A stretch of 64,000 bases of DNA from NCBI GenBank assembly GCA_001919285.1, contig MNHO01000049.1, positions 17,746 through 81,745 of the forward strand, read 5' to 3'. Origin of the DNA: an archaeon 13_1_40CM_2_52_13. Its GTDB lineage: Archaea > Thermoproteota > Bathyarchaeia > 40CM-2-53-6. A model generated the notes under the pieces. It was given only the letters and a program-made list of their open reading frames with translations. It ran no database searches and was not told where the DNA came from. The translations under genes and the position numbers were made by a program. Positions 58,079-64,000 of the stretch are shown piece by piece (within the stretch, counting starts at the first letter, position 1; each line of letters starts with the position of its first letter).

Positions 58079-58858
58079 ATGGCCACTCGGGACGACTTGG
58101 CGAGATTCGACGCCGGGTTCAAGCGATTGAAAAACCAGACAAGTCTGCTCGCCATCAAGAGAGTGGCCCGTATCGCCCACTTAGACGTAGGACGAGAAAT
58201 CAGGAAAGGACTGCCCGAAATAATTCTCGCCGAAGGAAAGGTTCCCCAAGAAGTCGCGGAAATCGTCGAAGCGATGGTGAAAAGGACCGGCCGGGCAATT
58301 GTTAGTCGAGCAACTAGGAAACACTTGCGCCTAATCCGCGCCAGGCGAATTCCAAAATCGAGCATTCAATTCTTTGAAAGATCAGGTATCATTCTAGCTA
58401 AGGTCAAGTCTTACCGGATCAAACAGACCGGAGGTAGAGTCGGCCTGCTTACGGCCGGTACGTCGGACATTCCAGTCGCGGAAGAAGCTAAGGTGATTGC
58501 TGAGGAGATGGGTTGCATGACCCGGGTCTACTACGATGTCGGTGTCGCAGGACTCCACAGGCTCTTCAAACCGCTCTCTGAACTGCTCAAGTGGGACTCA
58601 GACGTCATTCTCGTTGTCGCAGGGAGGGAAGGCGCTCTGCCCACAGTGGTCGCAGGACTCGTTGACGTCCCCGTCATTGGAGTTCCAACGTCCCGAAGCT
58701 ATGGGTTTGGGGACAAGGGCATCGCAGCCCTTGCCGCGATGTTACAGTCTTGTTCTCTAGGAATAGCAGTCGTAAACATAGATGGCGGAGTCGGAGCAGG
58801 GTCCATCGGATCTCTGATTGCCAATAGAGCAGCGAGATACCGCGCGGGACGATCGTGA
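58079..58858 (+). CDS. larB: LarB-like nickel-pincer cofactor biosynthesis protein (PurE-fold carboxylase/hydrolase).
   Basis: The C-terminal PurE-like domain reads GLLTAGTSDIPVAEEA...VAGREGALPTVVAGLVDVPVIGVPTS.SYGFG. The ORF track starts at 58034, but that would overlap larE, so the probable start is MATRDD at 58079. Confidence 0.7.
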   Translation: MATRDDLARFDAGFKRLKNQTSLLAIKRVARIAHLDVGREIRKGLPEIILAEGKVPQEVAEIVEAMVKRTGRAIVSRATRKHLRLIRARRIPKSSIQFFERSGIILAKVKSYRIKQTGGRVGLLTAGTSDIPVAEEAKVIAEEMGCMTRVYYDVGVAGLHRLFKPLSELLKWDSDVILVVAGREGALPTVVAGLVDVPVIGVPTSRSYGFGDKGIAALAAMLQSCSLGIAVVNIDGGVGAGSIGSLIANRAARYRAGRS

Positions 58859-58870
58859 GGCTAGGTTAGG

Positions 58871-59908
58871 TTGGGTGTCGATCTTGGGGATCTCGTTCCG
58901 CATCGAAAGATAACTCTTGATGAGCTGTCAAGCAAGACGTTCGCTGTGGACGCTTACAATGCACTCTACCAGTTCCTCGCGATAATAAGAGGCCCGACGG
59001 GAGCCCCTTTGATGGACAGGCAGGGCCGCGTGACGAGTCATCTCAGCGGTCTTCTCTACCGGACAACAAATCTTGCGGAGCGTAGAATACGTCTCGTCTA
59101 CGTTTTCGACGGGGTACCTCCAGCTCTGAAGGAGACCGAGATCAAACGGCGACGAGCCGTCAAAGAAGAGGCCACGGTAAAGTATGAAGCAGCAGTTTCT
59201 CGAGGTGAGGTTGAAGAGGCCAAGAAATACGCCCAGGCTACCGCGAGTCTGAAAGACATGATGGTTGAAGACGCTCAACGACTCCTCGAATACATTGGAG
59301 TTCCATACGTGCAGGCTCCTTCCGAAGGAGAGGCGCAGGCGGCGTACATGGCCGCTCGCGGTGACGTCTCGGCCGCAGTCAGTCAAGACTACGACTCGTT
59401 ATTGTTCGGCGCAACTAGACTAGTCAGGAACCTTGCAATAAGCGGAAGGCGGAAGTTGCCGATGAGACAGGCGTATGTGCAGGTGGATCCTGAGATCATT
59501 GAGCTAGTGGCCACGTTGGAATCGCTCGGGCTAACCAGAGAACAACTAATAGATCTCGGAATCCTGATAGGCACCGATTTCAATCCAGACGGATTCAAGG
59601 GTATCGGTCCGAAAACAGCCCTCAAGCTGCTACGGGAGAGTGGCAATATTGAGAATGTAGCCCAAAAGAATCCGAATGTCAAGCCGCCAACAAACCTGAA
59701 TCGGATCAGGCAAATCTTCCTCAAACCCGAAGTCACTTCACATTACACTCTTCGTTGGAAGGAGCCTCAAACAGAGGAACTTGTCAGATTCCTCTGCGGG
59801 GAGAGGGATTTCAATGAAGAAAGAGTAAGGACCGCTGTAGAGAGAGCCAAGAGTGCTATAGCAAAGGACTCGGGAAAACAAACCCTCGAATCATTCTTTC
59901 ATACATAA
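58871..59908 (+). CDS. fen: Flap endonuclease 1.
   Basis: 345 aa. N-terminus MGVDLGDLVP...FAVDAYNALYQFL, with XPG N/I domains and acidic active-site residues. Confidence 0.9.
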   Translation: MGVDLGDLVPHRKITLDELSSKTFAVDAYNALYQFLAIIRGPTGAPLMDRQGRVTSHLSGLLYRTTNLAERRIRLVYVFDGVPPALKETEIKRRRAVKEEATVKYEAAVSRGEVEEAKKYAQATASLKDMMVEDAQRLLEYIGVPYVQAPSEGEAQAAYMAARGDVSAAVSQDYDSLLFGATRLVRNLAISGRRKLPMRQAYVQVDPEIIELVATLESLGLTREQLIDLGILIGTDFNPDGFKGIGPKTALKLLRESGNIENVAQKNPNVKPPTNLNRIRQIFLKPEVTSHYTLRWKEPQTEELVRFLCGERDFNEERVRTAVERAKSAIAKDSGKQTLESFFHT

Positions 59909-59940
59909 CTGACGGCCCAAAATTGCAGAAATGAACTAAG

Positions 59941-60414
59941 TTGACTCGCGGAAAAATCGTTCTAGCGACCGGAGCCTTCGATCTCCTCCACCTTGGCCAC
60001 GTCAGGTTCCTGGAAGCCTCCAAGAGAAAGGGGGGCCCTAGAGCCAAGTTGATCGTGGTCGTTGCTCGAGACAAAACCGTCTTTAGTCGGAAAGGACGAA
60101 TGCCAATCTTGCCTGAAGATCAGAGAAGGGAGCTTGTAGGCTCCCTGCGAGTGGTCGACAAAGCGGTCCTCGGTCATGCGCATCTCGATCTCTTGGGCAT
60201 ATTGCGGGAGGTTAGCCCGGACATCATCTGTGTCGGATATGACCAAGAGCAGATCAAGGCCTCAGTCGAGAAGATTCTCAGAGGGCAACGTCTCCCTATT
60301 CGGGTTGTGCAGATTCCGAAGTTCGGACCTAATGGGCTGAGTAGCAGTACGGAGATCAAACAGCGGGTGGCAAGACGCTGGACAAATCGGGCTAAGCCCC
60401 GAAAAGCACCCTGA
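59941..60414 (+). CDS. ribL: Archaeal FAD synthase (FMN adenylyltransferase RibL, cytidylyltransferase fold).
   Basis: 157 aa with the HxGH motif GAFDLLHLGHVRFL. It overlaps ribK convergently by 23 nt. Confidence 0.75.
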   Translation: MTRGKIVLATGAFDLLHLGHVRFLEASKRKGGPRAKLIVVVARDKTVFSRKGRMPILPEDQRRELVGSLRVVDKAVLGHAHLDLLGILREVSPDIICVGYDQEQIKASVEKILRGQRLPIRVVQIPKFGPNGLSSSTEIKQRVARRWTNRAKPRKAP

Positions 60415-61039
60415 TGTTGACCGAGTCACCGTCCTTCAGGTTGAAACGGGTCCTCAACTTCTCAGGCGAGATGATTTCGATGACATCTTCTCCATAGTGA
60501 GCTCTTACGGGAACGATTACTGCCCCTTGCACCTCTCCGTTGATGATGGCTCGATAACTCTTCACCCCTCCGTAGGTACGTGTCTTGTTCGCAAATCCTT
60601 CTATTTCGATGAAGGGATTACTTTCGAGTTCTCGTCGCGCGCCTAGGTCTTCTTTTCTCACTCTGAGGTTCAACGTTCCGGGAAACGGATCGAATCCTAG
60701 TTTGGACCTAAACTGCTTCCTGTATCCTTCCAAGCCCATGTAGTAGGCGCCTTCAGACAGACCGGAGAAGACGAGCGCATTAATCTCCACCTCAGCTTTC
60801 GGAGCCTCGAAAACCGATCTTAACACTCGATACATCTGGGTCAGACTGTCCAGACCCTCCTTTGTTATCCTAACTGTCTGGGTTCTTCGCTCAGCGGATC
60901 TGGTGAGAAGACCTAGCCTCTCCATCTCGATCAGTCTACGAGAAGCAGTCTGCTGAGATACGCCGATGCTCTTTGCTACGAAGCTGGTGCTGTAGGGCAC
61001 ATTCCGTTGATAAGCTCCCATCTCGGCAAGCTTGTACAA
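60392..61039 (-). CDS. ribK: CTP-dependent riboflavin kinase with an N-terminal HTH domain.
   Basis: 215 aa. An N-terminal wHTH precedes the C-terminal archaeal RibK fold carrying PFPGTLNLRV. Confidence 0.8.
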   Translation of the reverse strand: MYKLAEMGAYQRNVPYSTSFVAKSIGVSQQTASRRLIEMERLGLLTRSAERRTQTVRITKEGLDSLTQMYRVLRSVFEAPKAEVEINALVFSGLSEGAYYMGLEGYRKQFRSKLGFDPFPGTLNLRVRKEDLGARRELESNPFIEIEGFANKTRTYGGVKSYRAIINGEVQGAVIVPVRAHYGEDVIEIISPEKLRTRFNLKDGDSVNIRVLFGA

Positions 61040-61059
61040 TGCGAGGAGATGCGAAGGCT

Positions 61060-61704
61060 TCAGTTTGAAGCACTCTGCTTTAGGTGGATTGATTCGAGAT
61101 GTGCCTGTCGAAGTGGAGACGGATGGCCATTCACGATCGACTTTTCAACCAGATTGGACGCGGTCTCAAGAGAGATTCTGTGGCCGACGCTCACGTAGAA
61201 TTTTCGATTCGGCGCCGTTAGGATTGTCCCGATCACCTCACCCTCTGTGTTTAATATCTTGCTATCCTCTGCCTTTCCATACAAGCGGGACTTCGCTACT
61301 CCGATCGTAGGCGTGTCCAATGCCAATCCAACATGACACGCCAAACCGAATTTTCGGGGATGCGCGACTCCTTGTCCATCAACGAGGAACACATCGGGTT
61401 TCTGTCGGATCTTCTCCACGATCCTAACGAGAAGAGGTCCTTCTCGGAACCCAAGAAAACCAGGAACATATTTCGTCGACACACTATCGACGAAGGTCGC
61501 TGTCTCAATAATCTCCCTGTTCATGACGTCCCAGACGGAAGCAGCGACAAACGCAGTGTCGCCCTCATAGGCTGCGTCCATCCCGCACAAGAATCGAGGC
61601 TCGAAGTTAGGCTCGTCGATGCTCTTAATTCGTTTAGACAGGTCTCGCTGTAGTGATGCAGCGTGATCAGTGTCTACGAACTGGAATAGTTTTCCCGATG
61701 TCAA
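61060..61704 (-). CDS. nfi: Endonuclease V.
   Basis: 214 aa. CGMDAAY...VDGQGVAHPRKFGLACHVGLALDTPTIGVAKS matches the Nfi family. Confidence 0.8.
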   Translation of the reverse strand: MTSGKLFQFVDTDHAASLQRDLSKRIKSIDEPNFEPRFLCGMDAAYEGDTAFVAASVWDVMNREIIETATFVDSVSTKYVPGFLGFREGPLLVRIVEKIRQKPDVFLVDGQGVAHPRKFGLACHVGLALDTPTIGVAKSRLYGKAEDSKILNTEGEVIGTILTAPNRKFYVSVGHRISLETASNLVEKSIVNGHPSPLRQAHLESIHLKQSASN

Positions 61705-62339
61705 TTCTTCGAAGAGGCACTTAGCCTCTTCTCCAATCTGTCCAGCGATTGTTCCAGAGCGAAGCGTCTTACCTCGGTGACCACATCGCCTCGAGTGGAT
61801 TCAATGATGCGCCGGTCAGCATCCATCTTGACCCTGAACGTAGGAATGATCGATGTGTGTTCGAGAGTCTGAAGATCGTCGTAAATGCCCTCCATGGCTC
61901 CTAGAAGCTTTTCCGCCCCTCTCACTTCGCCCCTGCGAAGGCAATTCAGGGCCATTCTCCGAAACTCGCCCACGGCATCGAGCAATCCCAGTACATAGCT
62001 CCGATTATCCGTCTTCAATTCAGAAATTGTAGGAATCCGCTCGCGCTGCGCGAAGGATCGAAGGGTCATAGCTTCCACATATTCCTGGAATGCGACGACC
62101 ACCCCTGACGAGGTCTTGAACTCAGAGAAGTCGTTTGCGAGGATCTCTATCTTGCTCAAGATCTGTTCAACCTTCCGGAGTGTATTTGACGCGGAGTCAA
62201 TGTCTCCTCGATGAATCTCCAGAATCGACGACCCCGCGAGCCTCGTCGCAGTCCTCGACAGGCTCAGTACTGCTTCGCGGGCGTCGTCATAATGAACGAG
62301 CTGCTTCTGAATCGAAGCGAGGTCTCTCTTACTCAACAT
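61701..62339 (-). CDS. Translin-family nucleic-acid-binding protein.
   Basis: 212 aa, all-helical, of translin-like length. The pattern ..EYVEA.TL... and ...LLDAVGEFRR is weakly diagnostic. Confidence 0.5.
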   Translation of the reverse strand: MLSKRDLASIQKQLVHYDDAREAVLSLSRTATRLAGSSILEIHRGDIDSASNTLRKVEQILSKIEILANDFSEFKTSSGVVVAFQEYVEAMTLRSFAQRERIPTISELKTDNRSYVLGLLDAVGEFRRMALNCLRRGEVRGAEKLLGAMEGIYDDLQTLEHTSIIPTFRVKMDADRRIIESTRGDVVTEVRRFALEQSLDRLEKRLSASSKN

Positions 62340-62406
62340 ACGAGCTCAGCCTAGAGCCCACTCGGGCGAATGACCCTATAACAGAATTTGCCTGCGAGTC
62401 TCGTGA

Positions 62407-63012
62407 TTAGGCGAACTTTTGGGACTCTTCCTTAATCCCGTTATGTGTAATTATCAAGAGGTCGACCCCATCGCCGCTTGAGATGTCGCGTGCTACAGCG
62501 GACTTTATCGCCCTGAGAATCAGAGGTCTACCTTCCTCCACAGATAGGCCGTCTCTGTATTCTGATTCAAGAACTCCCATGGCAATCTCTGCGCCAGTCC
62601 CGACAGCAGCAAACTTGTCTCCGAGAACCGACCCAATAGGGTCCAACACGAAGAGTTCAGGAACACCGTCATCTATACCTGCAATTATCGTCTGCGCAAG
62701 GTAAGGAAAGAGACGTCTGCTAGAGAGGATTGACGCGAAAAGTTTCGCAGTGTTCTTGACCGTGCCTGGTCTTCCCCGTTCATATCGGTATATGCTCATG
62801 TAAGCGTTCGCCTCTCGGGCAAGAACTTGCATGTCGCCAATTATTCCAGCGCAGCCTACTCCTATGTTATCTGTAATCTTGAAGACTTTCTTGGCTACCT
62901 TGCTCATCACGAAGGTTCCGTATGAATATCTCCGTTCAGACGCTAGAATAGCGCCATCTTTACAGACGAGCCCCACGGTCGTGGCTCCAGGCATGAAGCC
63001 TTCTTCGCTCAT
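62407..63012 (-). CDS. psmB: Proteasome subunit beta, second paralog.
   Basis: 201 aa. A short propeptide is followed by the active-site Thr in TTVGLVCKDGAILA. Confidence 0.9.
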   Translation of the reverse strand: MSEEGFMPGATTVGLVCKDGAILASERRYSYGTFVMSKVAKKVFKITDNIGVGCAGIIGDMQVLAREANAYMSIYRYERGRPGTVKNTAKLFASILSSRRLFPYLAQTIIAGIDDGVPELFVLDPIGSVLGDKFAAVGTGAEIAMGVLESEYRDGLSVEEGRPLILRAIKSAVARDISSGDGVDLLIITHNGIKEESQKFA

Positions 63013-63096
63013 AAATCGCGCCGATCGCGGAGACCCTAGTTCTGTTGCTATAAAGGTAGCGTCGAGTGTGCGACCGCCAGTCGCAGTGGGTTGAAC

Positions 63097-63729
63097 CTAT
63101 GCAGAGATGTGGTCTCGCAGCTTTCGATCGGGACGAGCGCGAATTCCGTAGGGTACGTACGGATTGTTCCAGTCGATAGGTCCGACGGAGAATCTGTTTT
63201 GGAAACGTCCCAGCACAAGGTCCCAGTTCCAGATGGAGAAGTCAAAAAATTCGTCCCACTCTTCACCTTCTAGGAACCCCGAGTGAACTAGGTCCAATTT
63301 CACAACTCCTCCTTTTGCAACCTGGTCGAACATCACATCGACTCTTGAGCGCAACCTTCGCACATTTGGAAACTGGGGAGGCGCGATGAATTCAAACGCG
63401 AGATGCTTTAGAGGTTCGACAGCCAAGACCTTGCACCCTTCAGTCCCCTGGAACCCTTTAGGCGCTTTCAGACTCAAGAAGAGTTCGTAGTGACCTCCAA
63501 CCACCGATTCGATGTTGGCCTTCGGTACGAAGAAGCTGGTTACCCCTTCAACGGTGGTCCAAGCCTTCCAAGCATCTTCGAGCGTGGTGGTTGCGACCGT
63601 TTCTCTTCTTATGACCTTTGAAGAATTGATCAAGTTCTCACTCCTTTCAAGCATTTGAAGGCGGTGGTCGACATCATCCCTTATGCGGTGACCTCGAGTT
63701 TGTCCATTGAAACGCCAACCATTTTGCAA
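63097..63729 (-). CDS. SRPBCC-superfamily protein (AHSA1/Aha1-like, activator-of-Hsp90-ATPase-homolog fold).
   Basis: 210 aa. Block ...TTLEDAWKAWTTVEGVTSFF... and the size and fold pattern of the SRPBCC/AHSA1 family. The true start may be the internal MLERSEN. Confidence 0.5.
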   Translation of the reverse strand: MQNGWRFNGQTRGHRIRDDVDHRLQMLERSENLINSSKVIRRETVATTTLEDAWKAWTTVEGVTSFFVPKANIESVVGGHYELFLSLKAPKGFQGTEGCKVLAVEPLKHLAFEFIAPPQFPNVRRLRSRVDVMFDQVAKGGVVKLDLVHSGFLEGEEWDEFFDFSIWNWDLVLGRFQNRFSVGPIDWNNPYVPYGIRARPDRKLRDHISA

Positions 63730-63992
63730 GCCTCACAAATCTCCAACGTAGTAGGTTCGCCGCAGGATCGGCACGATCTTAGCACTGAGTCGGGAACGCC
63801 TGGCTCTGCGAGAGCTCGGAGCTTGGTCATAGCACGGTACGACGAGAACAGTACTCCCGGATGTGCGAGTTCAAGCCTATTGAGCATCGTTCTCAGTTCA
63901 TTCCTCAAAGCTTCAGTCATGTAAGGGCAAGACGCCGACTGGAAGGTTAGGCCTTCCGCGTACCCATATAGCGCTACTTCTTTCTCTGGCAC
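63681..63992 (-). CDS. Possible C-terminal part of a PP-loop tRNA thiolase-like protein (TtuA/Ncs6-type zinc-ribbon C-terminus). It is probably truncated by the window edge.
   Basis: 103-aa ORF whose C-terminus carries CRSCGEPTTLEICEACK. It overlaps the neighbouring ORF by 49 nt. The upstream N-terminal part, if present, lies beyond 64000. Confidence 0.3.
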   Translation of the reverse strand: MPEKEVALYGYAEGLTFQSASCPYMTEALRNELRTMLNRLELAHPGVLFSSYRAMTKLRALAEPGVPDSVLRSCRSCGEPTTLEICEACKMVGVSMDKLEVTA

Positions 63993-64000
63993 CTCGCAGA

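Overview
This is an archaeal chromosomal segment, about 53% GC, with no rRNA, CRISPR array or recognisable mobile element. It is mostly housekeeping: roughly 70 protein genes and one tRNA.

**Main gene content.** Archaeal information-processing genes include Nop5 and fibrillarin, FttA/aCPSF1, two proteasome beta subunits, an Sm protein, the tRNA-splicing endonuclease EndA, RtcA, diphthine synthase, FEN1, Trm5, GlyRS, RpoP, translin, endonuclease V and a SepF homolog. A histidine-utilisation operon reads on the minus strand as M29 aminopeptidase, hutI, hutU, hutH and the F420-glutamyl ligase cofE, with no recognisable hutG. Other metabolic genes are pyrD, guaB, ahcY, trpB2, an HMG-CoA synthase fused to a DUF35 domain, an acyl-CoA dehydrogenase, larE and larB, ribK and ribL, NMNAT, and a DUF62 SAM hydroxide adenosyltransferase. 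The window also holds M6, M24 and M29 peptidases, an ABC importer pair, an orphan SagB-type dehydrogenase, and a very large N-glycosylation-sequon-rich surface protein.

**Unusual items.**
- A KaiC/RecA-like ATPase is fused behind a signal peptide, a roughly 380-aa Thr/Ser-rich extracellular domain and a TM helix.
- A tRNA gene of about 150 nt has a perfect acceptor stem and T-arm but about 60 nt of extra sequence, suggesting more than one intron.
- Three conserved genes are disrupted by single small lesions: a GAF gene with an in-frame TAG, a DUF1684 gene with a frameshift, and a PCMT gene with a 22-nt insertion in its SAPH-M motif. This points either to assembly error or to pseudogenisation.
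- A 360-nt ORF-free region carries a C7G6 palindrome and short tandem repeats.
- A pair of perfect GTTAC-N5-GTAAC palindromes sits upstream of a wHTH-regulator and Hsp20 gene pair.

The lineage cannot be fixed from sequence alone. F420 use, SepF, the Nop5/fibrillarin pair and the intron-rich tRNA are compatible with an uncultured, peptide-degrading archaeon.
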